The notes beneath the pieces were generated by a model. It made no database searches. It was not told the DNA's origin and saw only the letters and a list, made by a program, of their open reading frames with translations. From Microbacterium sp. (lineage in GTDB: Bacteria; Actinomycetota; Actinomycetes; Actinomycetales; Microbacteriaceae), in contig JASGGN010000005.1 of assembly GCA_047605005.1 (NCBI GenBank), positions 13,295 through 77,294 on the forward strand: DNA of 64,000 nt. The letters are read 5' to 3'. Position numbers and translations under genes: made by a program. Shown here in pieces: positions 39,417 through 51,736 of this stretch (positions are counted from its first letter, which is position 1; each line of letters begins with the position of its first letter).

Positions 39417-39533
39417 GCATCGCCTCCTCCCCAAGCGGCGATTTCCGCATGTTCTCCCCCGATCGGCTCCGCACCTGCCCGCGGAGTCTCCGCGGCGTCT
39501 AGCGTGGCGGCATCCCATCGAAAGGAGCCTCTC

Positions 39534-39821
39534 ATGGCCACATTCAGCGTCGACTCCGATGCCGTCTTCACCGCCACCGGCGCGATCCGCGCCACCGCCG
39601 ATCGCCTGCAGGGCGAGACGTCCGCGATGCTCGGGCAGCTCACGCAGCTGCAGGGCGTGTGGACGGGATCTGCGGCGATCGCCTTCCAGTCCGTCATCGA
39701 CCGATGGCGTGCGATGCAGTGCGACCTCGAGGCCGCGCTCGGCGACATCGGCACGGCGCTCGCCTACGCCGGCGATCAGTACGTTCAGACCGAGACCGCC
39801 GCCGCGGGGCTCTTCCGCTGA
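39534..39821 (+). CDS. WXG100 / ESAT-6 family protein
   Basis: 95 aa, central WTG motif, C-terminal Y...E; RBS AAGGAG. Confidence 0.88.
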   Translation: MATFSVDSDAVFTATGAIRATADRLQGETSAMLGQLTQLQGVWTGSAAIAFQSVIDRWRAMQCDLEAALGDIGTALAYAGDQYVQTETAAAGLFR

Positions 39822-39845
39822 ACGACCCCGGAAGAGCTCCAACGG

Positions 39846-39877
39846 CAGAAGGGCCCCTCCGGAGAGGGGCCCTTCTG
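39846..39877. terminator. Hairpin terminator between convergent WXG100 and groEL
   Basis: CAGAAGGGCCCCTC-CGGA-GAGGGGCCCTTCTG perfect 14-bp stem. Confidence 0.85.
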
Positions 39878-39907
39878 TGCACGGGGCGGGTTTCTATACG
39901 CGTCGCG

Positions 39908-41566
<1,659 letters not shown>

Positions 41567-41593
41567 TTAGCACTCGGCATGAGTGAGTGCTAA
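41567..41593. promoter_or_regulatory. CIRCE element 1 (HrcA operator)
   Basis: TTAGCACTC-N9-GAGTGCTAA, perfect match. Confidence 0.95.
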
Positions 41594-41599
41594 CTCATT

Positions 41600-41626
41600 C
41601 TGGCACTCGGGCATGACGAGTGCAAG
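41600..41626. promoter_or_regulatory. CIRCE element 2
   Basis: CTGGCACTC-N9-GAGTGCAAG. Confidence 0.88.
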
Positions 41627-41694
41627 CCGACGACACGGCATCCGCCCGCCGTGCGGCACAAAGGTTGCCAAAGGGCAGCCGCGGCGGAGGTCTC

Positions 41695-41904
41695 TCAGAC
41701 GACGCGGACCGACTCGGCCTGCGGGCCCTTCTGACCCGCACCGATGACGAACTCGACCGTCTGCCCCTCTTCGAGCACGCGGAACCCGCTCATGTCGATG
41801 TTCGAGTAGTGCACGAACACGTCCTGGCCGCCCTCGACCGTGATGAAGCCGAAGCCCTTCTCGGCGTTGAACCACTTGACGATGCCTTGGGTCGTTCCGG
41901 CCAT
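41695..41904 (-). CDS. cspA: Cold-shock protein CspA family
   Basis: [29 protein letters not shown]. Confidence 0.93.
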   Translation of the reverse strand: MAGTTQGIVKWFNAEKGFGFITVEGGQDVFVHYSNIDMSGFRVLEEGQTVEFVIGAGQKGPQAESVRVV

Positions 41905-42060
41905 GCGAGTCTCCTGATGCTGCGGTATGACCTCGCCATGCTAACCAGCGCCCAGGGGCTCCAAACGCCGATACGGGAAGTGTTGACACGAGCGCATCGA
42001 AGAGTTCACACCCGCGAAACACGCACCGCCAGAGCACTCGCGCGAGACGCCGGTACCGCC

Positions 42061-42669
42061 TCAGGGAGTCGTGGACGCGTCCGCGCCATCGACGCGATCG
42101 AGGCCGATGACGATCACCAGCTGCGCGCTCGCGCTCTCATCGACGTCGGTCGTGCTGGTGTCGTCGGCGATCTGGTACACGTCGTTCAACTGCACTTCGG
42201 CGCCGCCGATCGCCTGCGCGAGTCCACGAGCGGCGCCCTCGTCGTCCGCGGTCGCGTAATAGACGGTGGTGGTCTCGAAATCCTCCGACCCCGCGTCGCC
42301 GTCGATGACGGCATCCTCCGACCAGCCGGCCGCGACGACGACCTCGCGCATCTCACCGGCGAGGCCGTCCTGCGGGGTCGCGTTGAGGATGAGAACGGTA
42401 TACGAGGTGTCGAGCACCGGTTCTGCGGTGGGAACCGCCGTCACCGTGCTTTCGGCGGTTGCCGCGGCCGTGGGGAAGAGCGTGATCCGGCCGGTGGCGA
42501 ACATCGTCCCGGCCACGCCGACGACGACGAGCACGACGGTCGCCACCGCGGCCCACAGCAGTACCGCACCTGCGCGCACGCCGGGGTTCTCGGCACGATG
42601 CGCTCCGAGGCGCCGGCCGTCCTCGGGCAGCTCGTCGAAGCGATCCTTCGGAGCGGAGGTCTGGGGCAC
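42061..42669 (-). CDS. LytR C-terminal domain membrane protein
   Basis: GAHRAE, TM segment, VLILNAT..GLA, TTVYY, VIVIGLD. Confidence 0.82.
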   Translation of the reverse strand: MPQTSAPKDRFDELPEDGRRLGAHRAENPGVRAGAVLLWAAVATVVLVVVGVAGTMFATGRITLFPTAAATAESTVTAVPTAEPVLDTSYTVLILNATPQDGLAGEMREVVVAAGWSEDAVIDGDAGSEDFETTTVYYATADDEGAARGLAQAIGGAEVQLNDVYQIADDTSTTDVDESASAQLVIVIGLDRVDGADASTTP

Positions 42670-42678
42670 CTGAGAATG

Positions 42679-42939
42679 TTACCCGGCCGCGCCTGTGGGT
42701 ACACTCCCCCGCGGTCTCTGCCCCGAAGATCGGCCGTCGCGCAGCCGACGAAGCCGATGGACCAGGAGCGCATCGTATGCCGCGGCGTCGGCCTGCTCGA
42801 TCGCGCGACCGAGAAGCTGGTAGTACCGCGCCGGGGTCAGACCGAGCTCGCGACGGATCGTCTCCTCCTTCGCGGCCGAGTGCCCGATCCAACGCGACTC
42901 GAAGTCGAGCAGGCTGCGGTCACGATCGCTGAGGGGCAC
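42679..42939 (-). CDS. DUF3263-domain protein
   Basis: LSDRD..LLDFE.RW...AKEE.IR.ELGL..ARYYQ.L. Confidence 0.85.
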   Translation of the reverse strand: MPLSDRDRSLLDFESRWIGHSAAKEETIRRELGLTPARYYQLLGRAIEQADAAAYDALLVHRLRRLRDGRSSGQRPRGSVPTGAAG

Positions 42940-42948
42940 GCACTCACG

Positions 42949-43992
42949 CTACCCGGCCGCGCCCCGGCCGTTGGGGTGCCACTCGGAGGCATCCACCGAT
43001 TGCCACCATCCGCCCAGCGGGCCGGCGGCACCGAGCACATCACCCTCCAGCGCGACGGCGAACCCCTCCGGCCACCTTTCGCGCCACCACTGGCCGCTGA
43101 TCTCCTCGGCCCATCCGTCATGCAGACTCGGCGCGTCGAGGGTGATCCAGCGCCCGCAGCGACGTGCCTCCGCGATGAGCGCGCGCCTGCCCGCCCACGG
43201 GATGTGCGCGAGCACTCCGGGTGTCTGCACGACGAGTGTCGCCTCGCGCGGCGCCAGGTCCGCGATCTCGGCGAGGCGCGCGGCTCCGTCGCCCGCGACC
43301 AGGAGCGGCGGGTCGGATGCCGCGATCCGCAGCGCCGCGCGGATACGCTCCGCCCGGCCCTCCTCCCCCGGCCAGACGAGCCCGGCAAGCCATGCCGCGG
43401 TCTCGGGCGCAGCCGGATCGAGCGGCGCGAGGTCGACACCAGCGCGCCACACGACCTCGGGGAGGGAGACCTCAGGCATCCGGTCGCCGCGCACAACACA
43501 GTCGAGAACGACCTCCGACGCGCCGTCGGCGGGGTCGAGCACGATCGTCTCTCTGGCACCGCGGTACCGGTACGAGTAGCGGTCGGGGTACAGGCACAGC
43601 CCGGCGCTCGCCCCGATCTCGAGGAGAGCGATCGGGCCCGCGATCTGCGCGAGGGCGGGCAGGAGCGCCGCGCAGCGCAGGGGCTCGTTCGTCTGCAGCG
43701 ACCGGCGACCGCATTCAGCGACCACCTCGTCGGCATGGTCGAGAAGCCACGAACGCCACCCCGCGGCATCGGGTTCGCCCGAGCCGAGCAGGCGTGTGAC
43801 GGCGAACACGAGCGGCGGCTGCCGGCGCTGGGCCGGGATGCGCGCGAGCACGCGTTGCACTTCGTCGTCGCGCGCCACCAGCAGTGCCCACGCGGCGTAG
43901 AGCGGCGATCTTCCCGGGGCCTCGTCGCGGGCGAAACGGGCGAAGCGCTCGGCGACGGCGCGACATTCGACAGCGATGGCCCGGGCATCCAT
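42949..43992 (-). CDS. DUF2332-domain protein
   Basis: EAPGRSPLY, QTNEPLRCA, EIGASAGLCLYPDRY, RAGVDLAPLD. Confidence 0.82.
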   Translation of the reverse strand: MDARAIAVECRAVAERFARFARDEAPGRSPLYAAWALLVARDDEVQRVLARIPAQRRQPPLVFAVTRLLGSGEPDAAGWRSWLLDHADEVVAECGRRSLQTNEPLRCAALLPALAQIAGPIALLEIGASAGLCLYPDRYSYRYRGARETIVLDPADGASEVVLDCVVRGDRMPEVSLPEVVWRAGVDLAPLDPAAPETAAWLAGLVWPGEEGRAERIRAALRIAASDPPLLVAGDGAARLAEIADLAPREATLVVQTPGVLAHIPWAGRRALIAEARRCGRWITLDAPSLHDGWAEEISGQWWRERWPEGFAVALEGDVLGAAGPLGGWWQSVDASEWHPNGRGAAG

Positions 43993-44071
43993 CCCCCTAT
44001 TGTCCGGGGAGGAACACCGGAGACCACACCGCGCGAGGTCGGGTTGAATAGGACAGAGGAAGGATTCCATC

Positions 44072-44473
44072 GTGGACTATCGCGTGAACAAGACCGACGA
44101 GCAGTGGCGAGCCGAGCTCAGCCCCGCGCAGTACGCCGTGCTGCGCCAGGCCGGCACCGAGCGGGCATGGACGGGAGAGCTCCTCGACGAGCGCCGCGCC
44201 GGCCTGTACGCGTGTGCCGCGTGCGGTGCGGAGCTGTTCGTCTCCGGCACCAAGTTCGACTCGCACTGCGGCTGGCCGAGCTTCTACGAGTCCGTGCGCC
44301 CCGAGGCGGTCGAGCTCATCGAGGACCGCAGTCACGGCATGGTGCGCACCGAGGTGCGCTGCGCGAGCTGCGGCTCACACCTGGGGCACGTGTTCGCCGA
44401 CGGATTCGGCACCCCGACGGGCGACCGCTACTGCATGAACTCGCTGTCGCTGTCGTTCACCCCCGAATCATGA
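44072..44473 (+). CDS. msrB: Peptide-methionine (R)-S-oxide reductase
   Basis: KFDSHCGWPSF, HLGHVF, RYCMNS, two CxxC motifs. Confidence 0.96.
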   Translation: MDYRVNKTDEQWRAELSPAQYAVLRQAGTERAWTGELLDERRAGLYACAACGAELFVSGTKFDSHCGWPSFYESVRPEAVELIEDRSHGMVRTEVRCASCGSHLGHVFADGFGTPTGDRYCMNSLSLSFTPES

Positions 44474-45165
44474 CGGATCCGTCGACACGCCCCACCCTCG
44501 AGGCCGTGCGCGCACGCCGCTCGTGGTCGAAGGTGACCGATGCCGCCCCGCCCCGCACCGAGCTGCTGACGCTGGTCGAGGCGGCGGCCCGCGTCGCCGA
44601 TCACTCCTCGCTGCGCCCGTGGCGGCTCATCGAGTTGCGCGGCGACGATCGTCTGGCACTCGGAGCGGCGATCGCGAAAGCCGAAGGCAGCGACAAGCCG
44701 TCACAGAAGCCGCTGCGCGCCCCACTGCTGATCGCCGTCGTCGCCAGCTACCGCACGAGCGACAAGGTCCCGCGCTGGGAGCAGGAAGCGGTCGCATCGG
44801 GGGTCGCCCACGTGCTGAGCCTGCTCCTGGATGACGCCGGCTGGGGCGTCATCTGGCGCACGGGGCGCCACACGCGCAGCAAGCCGGTGGCGAAAGCTCA
44901 CGGGCTCGGGCCGGACGAGGAACTGCTCGGATGGCTCTACGTCGGAGGCAAGCCGGCAGGTGCGCGCCCCGGGCATCGCACGTTCGTCGACGCGCGCGCC
45001 CATGTCAGCCGGATGCCGGCGGGGACGACGATGCCCGCCGAGCTCGTCGCCTGGCGCGAGGCCGGGGACGAACCCGCCCAGCGGAAGAAGCAGAAGAAGC
45101 GGAAGAAGCAGAAGAGGTCGAAGGACCGGGCGACGAAGGCACGCACGCAGGCCGCTCCCGCGTAG
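44470..45165 (+). CDS. Nitroreductase family (YdjA-like) with Lys-rich tail
   Basis: RRS, ADHSSLRPWR, RAPLLIAV, WEQ, WRTG; ATGA overlap with msrB. Confidence 0.88.
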   Translation: MTDPSTRPTLEAVRARRSWSKVTDAAPPRTELLTLVEAAARVADHSSLRPWRLIELRGDDRLALGAAIAKAEGSDKPSQKPLRAPLLIAVVASYRTSDKVPRWEQEAVASGVAHVLSLLLDDAGWGVIWRTGRHTRSKPVAKAHGLGPDEELLGWLYVGGKPAGARPGHRTFVDARAHVSRMPAGTTMPAELVAWREAGDEPAQRKKQKKRKKQKRSKDRATKARTQAAPA

Positions 45166-45196
45166 GCGAAGGCCGACGCCGCAGGAGCGCGCCTTC

Positions 45197-46156
45197 TCAA
45201 CGAGGCGGCTGGGTCCGGCGTCCTCTCCCGAGCGCAGCCGCGACGACGACCCCGGTGCCGGCGACGAGCACCATCGCGAGCTCCGCGGTCCAGCTCAACC
45301 CCGCCGTGGCCGGCCACACGGCATCCATCACCAGCGACGTCACGAGCTGCCCCGCGATCGAGCCGAGGCTCAGCAGCAGCACACCGGTGTGCACGACGAG
45401 CGCGGCCGACATGAAGATGTACGTCACTCCGATCACTCCACCCAGGTACAGCCAGGGCTCGGCCGGCAGCGGGTTCGGCGGGCCGGCGCTCACGACGTGG
45501 ACCACCGCGGCGATCGCGAGGATCACCGTGCCGCCGAAGAAGTTGACCAAGGTCGCCGTCAGGGGGCTGCCGACCCGCTGACGTAGGCGGCCGTTGGTCG
45601 CCTGCTGCCACGCGATGCCGATCCCGGTCAGCACGGGGAGCACGAGCATCCACCACGGGACGCGTTCGAGCACGCCGCTGTGCAGCGAGATCGCGACGCC
45701 CCCGAGCGCGAGCGCGCCGCCGCCCACGCGCGGCATCGTGACCGGGACGACCCCCGCCGGCCCGTAGCCGACGCGGTCCAGCAGCAGGCCCGACAGCGTC
45801 TGCCCGGCGACGACACCGACGGCGAACAGCGACAACCCGATGACCGCGACCGCGAGCCCCTGGGTTGCGACGGTGAGCGCGCCGGCGGCACCACCCGCCA
45901 GCATCCACCAGGGGATAGCGCGGGAGCGGATGCCGGTCGCGAGTGCCCGCACCCCGCGCCGTCCCGACGCGACGAGCGCCGACAGCGAGACGAGCGCGAG
46001 CAATCCCGACCCGAACGAGATGACCGCGGCGACGAAGCCGTCGCCCAGGCGAAGGCCGAGCTGTCCGTTGACGCGCGCCTGCGCTGCGGTCAGCACGCCG
46101 ACGAGCACCGCGCCGGCCAGAGCCATCGCCGCAGCAAGACGCGGGCGATCGTTCAC
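45197..46156 (-). CDS. DMT-superfamily transporter (YdcZ-like, duplicated domain)
   Basis: QARVNGQL, ISFGSG, PWW.LAGG; repeat QQATNGRL, PWLYLGG. Confidence 0.85.
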   Translation of the reverse strand: MNDRPRLAAAMALAGAVLVGVLTAAQARVNGQLGLRLGDGFVAAVISFGSGLLALVSLSALVASGRRGVRALATGIRSRAIPWWMLAGGAAGALTVATQGLAVAVIGLSLFAVGVVAGQTLSGLLLDRVGYGPAGVVPVTMPRVGGGALALGGVAISLHSGVLERVPWWMLVLPVLTGIGIAWQQATNGRLRQRVGSPLTATLVNFFGGTVILAIAAVVHVVSAGPPNPLPAEPWLYLGGVIGVTYIFMSAALVVHTGVLLLSLGSIAGQLVTSLVMDAVWPATAGLSWTAELAMVLVAGTGVVVAAALGRGRRTQPPR

Positions 46157-46202
46157 GGAGAGTCAGCCTACGGGCACGACGCCAGCAGCCACACGGGATG
46201 GG

Positions 46203-46275
46203 TGCCGGCTACAGGACTCGAACCTGCAACCCCCTGTTTACAAGACAGGTGCGCTACCAATTGCGCCAAGCCGGC
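46203..46275 (-). tRNA. tRNA-Thr (anticodon TGT)
   Basis: GCCGGCT TG GCGC AATTGGTA GCGC A CCTGT CTTGTAA ACAGG GGGTT GCAGG TTCGAGT CCTGT AGCCGGC A cloverleaf. Confidence 0.96.
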
Positions 46276-46319
46276 GAGGCGGTACCCAGTCTAGAGCGCC
46301 GGTCCACCGCGGCTCGCCG

Positions 46320-47303
46320 TCAGGGGGCCGTCGACCCCGTCGCGCTGGGGGTGGGCGTCGCGCTCGACTCCGTGACACTGGCGCTGGTCAGCACGAATTG
46401 GGCGAACTCGTCAGGATCGCTCATGTCGCCCACGTAGGCCTCGCCGTTGACGACGACGAGCGAGTTGCCGGTGAGAGCCAGCCCATCGGTGCCGTCGATG
46501 CCTGCGACCGCGCGCTCGGTGGCATCCTTCACCCACGCTGAGAACTGCTCGGACTCGATGCACGTGCGCAGCGTCTTGGGATCGTCACTGCCGTTGGCCA
46601 GCGCGATGTCGGCGAGGTCGTCGTTCGAGAAGCCGTCGGAGTCGATGTCAGGCTGGCGCTGCAGCAGGTCGTCGTTGAACTGGAAGAACGAATCGGGCGC
46701 GTACGTCGCGACGCACGCCGCGGCGTTCGCGGCGCGCAACGAGTACTTGGTGCCGTTCGACTTCGCCGTAAGCATCGCGACAGGATGATAGGTCAGGGTG
46801 ACGGCGCCCTCGGAGACCCACGCCGACAGCTGCGACGTGTTCGCCAGCTCCCACTCGCGCGCCGACGACGACAGGTAGTCGACGTACACGTGGATGCTGA
46901 CGGGGGCGGGTGCCGTCGCCGCGGCGGCCGTCGCTTCCCCCGCGGAGTCCTCCGTCGGCGTCGCCGCATCGTCGGGGGATGTGATCGACACCGCGCTGGC
47001 GATCGAGGTGACGACGAAACCGTCATCCTGGGCGCTCTCCGGCGACAGCTGCGGACGGCCGACGGCACTGCCGATGGCCCATGACACGACGACCGCGACG
47101 ACGGCGACCGCCGCGACGACCCCTGCACCCAGCACCGTGCGGCGGACCAGCCGCGCACGCGACTGCCGGATCTGCACCTGCTCCGCCTTCTCACGCACCG
47201 CGTCGCGTCGCCCCTGCAGGGGCTGCTCCGTCGTGTCCGTCGTGCTGACCTCGGAACCGCGGTCGTCGCCCGCCGGCACGTCGGTGGTGTCGTCGCTGGA
47301 CAT
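46320..47303 (-). CDS. Membrane-anchored DsbA/thioredoxin-fold protein lacking CxxC
   Basis: TM segment, VYVDYLSSSAREWE, YHPVAML, YSLRAANAAACV. Confidence 0.78.
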   Translation of the reverse strand: MSSDDTTDVPAGDDRGSEVSTTDTTEQPLQGRRDAVREKAEQVQIRQSRARLVRRTVLGAGVVAAVAVVAVVVSWAIGSAVGRPQLSPESAQDDGFVVTSIASAVSITSPDDAATPTEDSAGEATAAAATAPAPVSIHVYVDYLSSSAREWELANTSQLSAWVSEGAVTLTYHPVAMLTAKSNGTKYSLRAANAAACVATYAPDSFFQFNDDLLQRQPDIDSDGFSNDDLADIALANGSDDPKTLRTCIESEQFSAWVKDATERAVAGIDGTDGLALTGNSLVVVNGEAYVGDMSDPDEFAQFVLTSASVTESSATPTPSATGSTAP

Positions 47304-47545
47304 GGAACCTCTCGAAGCTTCTGCGAACGCCGCGCACCCGGCACCGCGATCCGTCGCCTCGGGGACGGCGACGCACACGATCGTAGAGCGCATCCCTGAG
47401 AAATGCCCAGACACGCACCTCTCTTTCCGAGACGGAGCGTGCGATACTGGGAGCACGCCCGACGTCGGGCGTGCGGAGCGAACCTCCGCTCATTCCATCA
47501 CTACGGATCGTCCGGCACGTACCTGCCGGTGAAGGAGAAGAAATC

Positions 47546-48643
<1,098 letters not shown>

Positions 48644-48652
48644 CCGACCCGA

Positions 48653-48697
48653 CCGCGGCGCGGGGTCCACGGTGTGACCATGGACCCCGCGCCGCGG
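48653..48697. terminator. GC-rich hairpin after the ABC ATPase
   Basis: CCGCGGCGCGGGGTCCA ... TGGACCCCGCGCCGCGG 17-bp stem. Confidence 0.7.
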
Positions 48698-48730
48698 CGT
48701 ATCCAAGACCCACGAAAGCAGCATTCCCCC

Positions 48731-50038
48731 GTGGTCGATTCCCTCAGCATCACCGCCTCCAGCATGGACGCGGGCCTGCTGAACCTCCCCTGGTCGACGC
48801 CTCTCGACGAATGGCATCGAGACCACATCGTCTCCCTCCCCAAGGGCCTTTCGCGCCACCTCGTGCGGTTCGCGAGCCTGTCCGGGCGCGTGATCGCCGT
48901 CAAGGAGACGACCGCCGAGATGGCACGACGCGAATACGACATGCTCGGCATGCTCGGACGCCTGGCGGTGCCGTGCGTCGATCGCGTCGCCGTGATCGAC
49001 GGGCGGCGAACGCCGAAGGGCGATCCGCTGCCGGCAGCCCTCGTGACCGCGCACTTGAAGTTCTCCCTGCCCTACCGCGCGCTGTTCACTCAGACGTTGC
49101 GCCCCGACACGGCCGGCCGGCTCGTCGACGCCCTCGCGGCCCTGCTGGTGCGCCTGCACACGGTCGGGTTCTTCTGGGGTGACGTCTCACTGTCGAACAC
49201 CCTGTTCCGGCGGGATGCCGGCGCATTCGCCGCCTATCTCGTCGACGCGGAGACCGGAGAACTGCACGAGACCGGCCTCACCCCGGGGCAGCGGGAGCAT
49301 GACCTCGATGTCGCGCGCACGAACATCGCGGGCGAGATCATGGACCTCGCCGCGGGTGGACGGCTCGAAGGCGGCGTGGATGCCGTGGCGATCGCCGATG
49401 GGATCGTGTCCTCCTACCGCTCCCTCTGGGCGGCCCTCACCGACCAGGAGTCCTTCTCCGCGGGCGAGTCGTGGCACATCACGGAGCGCGTCCAGCGCCT
49501 GAACGACCTCGGATTCGACATCGACGAGATGTCGATCGAGGCGACTCCCGACGGCACGCGCGTCTCGATCCAGCCCAAGGTCGTCGACGCCGGCCACCAC
49601 CAGCGGCGCCTGCTGCGGCTGACGGGACTCGACGTCGAGGAGAATCAGGCGCGGCGCCTGCTCAACGACATGGACGAGTTCCGCGCGCGCGTCTCACGCC
49701 TGGGCGCGGATGAGGACATGGTCGCCCACGAGTGGCTCACGCGCGTGTTCGAGCCGGTCGTCAAGGCGATCCCGTGGGACCTGCGCAGCAAGCTCGAGCC
49801 CGCCGAGGTGTTTCACCAGGTGCTCGAGCACCGGTGGTACATGTCGCAGGAGCGCGGGCAGTCGGTGCCGATCGCCGAGGCGCTCTCCGCGTACGTCGAC
49901 ACCGTGCTGCGCCACCGCCGCGACGAGGCGACCGTCATGGGCCCGCCCACCGACACCGTGTCGATCCCGGTGATCACCGGGGCACTCGACCTGAACGACG
50001 ATGAGGGCGACGAGGTCGACTGGCGCGACCTCGTCTGA
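48731..50038 (+). CDS. DUF4032 / LPS-kinase-like protein
   Basis: LPWSTPL..W, GLSRH.VRF, FWGDVSLSNTLFRRDAG, HQVLEHRWY.S. Confidence 0.85.
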   Translation: MVDSLSITASSMDAGLLNLPWSTPLDEWHRDHIVSLPKGLSRHLVRFASLSGRVIAVKETTAEMARREYDMLGMLGRLAVPCVDRVAVIDGRRTPKGDPLPAALVTAHLKFSLPYRALFTQTLRPDTAGRLVDALAALLVRLHTVGFFWGDVSLSNTLFRRDAGAFAAYLVDAETGELHETGLTPGQREHDLDVARTNIAGEIMDLAAGGRLEGGVDAVAIADGIVSSYRSLWAALTDQESFSAGESWHITERVQRLNDLGFDIDEMSIEATPDGTRVSIQPKVVDAGHHQRRLLRLTGLDVEENQARRLLNDMDEFRARVSRLGADEDMVAHEWLTRVFEPVVKAIPWDLRSKLEPAEVFHQVLEHRWYMSQERGQSVPIAEALSAYVDTVLRHRRDEATVMGPPTDTVSIPVITGALDLNDDEGDEVDWRDLV

Positions 50039-50055
50039 ACCTCAACACCCGAGTC

Positions 50056-50694
50056 TCAGTATCCGACGGTGAAGCGCTCGCGCGAGTGCTTCGGGCGCTC
50101 GATCTCATCGAGCACCGCGATCGCGAGATCGGCCCCCGAGATGAAGGACTCGCCCGCGGCGTCCGTGACGATCACGTCGCCGCCGTCGCGGTAGACGCCG
50201 GTGCGCTCGCCAGGGTTGTACGCGCCGAACCCGCCGGCGGGATGCACGAAGAACCAGTCGCGCCCGGTGTGCTCGCCCTGCAGGTCTTCGAGCACGCCGA
50301 TCGTCTCCAGCGCCTCGGCCTTGAACGCCTCGGGGAAGTCGACGTCGACCACGCGGGGACCACCCGGCGCGACGAGGCTGCCGCCCGCGCCGCCGACGAC
50401 GCCCAGGCGCACGGTGTCGGGCAGCACATTGTTCAACGCCTCGAGGTTGGGGCGCACGAGGCCGAGCATGTCGCCGCGCGGTGCGACCGCGCTGACGACG
50501 ACATCGACGCCCGCGAGCTGATTCACAAGGGTCGGCACGTCGAGGATCGTCCCTTCCAGGTAGGTGGCACCGGGGACGCGTTCGGCGGGCACGGAACGTG
50601 CCACCGAGAGCACCGTGTGGCCGCGGTCGACGGCTTCTGCGACGATGTGGCGGCCGGCGTATCCGGTTCCGCCGAGGACGGCGATGATGGCCAT
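50056..50694 (-). CDS. NAD(P)-dependent oxidoreductase (Rossmann fold, YwnB-like)
   Basis: VLGGTGYAG, VVGGAGGSL, PGERTG.YR.G, RFTVGY. Confidence 0.88.
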   Translation of the reverse strand: MAIIAVLGGTGYAGRHIVAEAVDRGHTVLSVARSVPAERVPGATYLEGTILDVPTLVNQLAGVDVVVSAVAPRGDMLGLVRPNLEALNNVLPDTVRLGVVGGAGGSLVAPGGPRVVDVDFPEAFKAEALETIGVLEDLQGEHTGRDWFFVHPAGGFGAYNPGERTGVYRDGGDVIVTDAAGESFISGADLAIAVLDEIERPKHSRERFTVGY

Positions 50695-50737
50695 GATCTC
50701 TCCTTCTTCTTCTCTCGCCCCGCTCGCGCGGGCGATA

Positions 50738-51736
50738 TCACTCGGATGCGGCGCGGATCGTGGCGATCTGATAGAGCGCGACGGATGCCGCGATGCCGAC
50801 GTTCAGCGACTCCGTCGCCGTCGAGATGGGGATCGACACGATCTGATCGCACGTCTCGGCGACCAGGCGCGACAGCCCCCTGCCCTCCGAGCCCGCCACG
50901 ATGACGACAGGTCGGTCGGCGAGCTCGAGACCGGGCAGCGAGACCTCTCCCCCGCCGTCGAGGCCGAGCACGAAGACGCCCTGCTTCTTGTACTCCTTGA
51001 GCGTCGTCGTCAGGTTGGCGGCCATCGCGACCGGGATGCGCGCGGCCGCACCAGCGCTCGTCTTCCACGCGGCCGAGGTCACGCCCGCAGACCGGCGCTG
51101 CGGGATGACGACACCCTGTCCGCCGAAAGCGGCGGTCGAGCGGATGATCGCGCCGAGGTTGCGCGGATCGGTCACGCCGTCCAGCGCGACGATCAGCGGC
51201 GTCGCACCGGCGTCGAAGATCTGCTCGAGGAGATCCTGAGGGTGCGCGTACTCGTACGGCGGCACCTTCAGCGCGACTCCCTGGTGGACACCGTCGAAAC
51301 CGGCCATGCGGTCCAGCTCGGGGCGGGTGACCTCCAGCACCGGGATCCCTCGGTGCGTCGCGATCGAGAGCATCTCCTTGACGCGGTCGTCCATTTCGAC
51401 GCGCTGGGCGATGTAGAGCGCGGTCGCCGGGATCTTCGCGCGCAGCGCTTCGAGCACGGAGTTGCGACCGGTCACGTTCTCGGTGTCATCCCCGGTCTTC
51501 GGCTTCGCCGTCCGGCCCGGGCTCGATCCCTGCGCACGCTGACCCGGGCGGCCTTTCCCCCCCGCGGCGGCGTAACGCTCAGCCGCGGCCTTGCGCTTGC
51601 CGGCGGGATGCCACGCGCGATCTTCGGCCTTCGGGGTCGGCCCCTTGCCCTCGAGGGCGCGCTTTCCCTTGCCGCCGCTGCCCTTCGTGGGCCCCTTGCC
51701 GCCCTTGGCGGCCCCGGGACGTCCTGGCTTAGCCAT
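50738..51736 (-). CDS. rlmB: 23S rRNA (Gm2251) 2'-O-methyltransferase
   Basis: GRNSVLEAL, HQGV, LDGVTDPRNLGAIIRS, GSEG.GL, ESLNV. Confidence 0.93.
   Translation of the reverse strand: MAKPGRPGAAKGGKGPTKGSGGKGKRALEGKGPTPKAEDRAWHPAGKRKAAAERYAAAGGKGRPGQRAQGSSPGRTAKPKTGDDTENVTGRNSVLEALRAKIPATALYIAQRVEMDDRVKEMLSIATHRGIPVLEVTRPELDRMAGFDGVHQGVALKVPPYEYAHPQDLLEQIFDAGATPLIVALDGVTDPRNLGAIIRSTAAFGGQGVVIPQRRSAGVTSAAWKTSAGAAARIPVAMAANLTTTLKEYKKQGVFVLGLDGGGEVSLPGLELADRPVVIVAGSEGRGLSRLVAETCDQIVSIPISTATESLNVGIAASVALYQIATIRAASE

Noticed and set aside
39659-39690. MDGICGD as an MftA-like precursor motif
   Set aside because: It is out of frame within the WXG100 gene, not C-terminal, lacks the VY core and has no maturation genes nearby.
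41567-41626. Tandem CIRCE boxes and groEL without groES
   Set aside because: Normal arrangement for the stand-alone actinobacterial groEL.
41620-45165. 1181-aa ORF on the plus strand
   Set aside because: Only 44470-45165 (nitroreductase) looks coding. The rest is a stop-poor shadow frame over real minus-strand genes and msrB.
46203-46320. Integration at tRNA-Thr
   Set aside because: Flanked by ordinary-looking genes, with no repeat of the tRNA end and no integrase.
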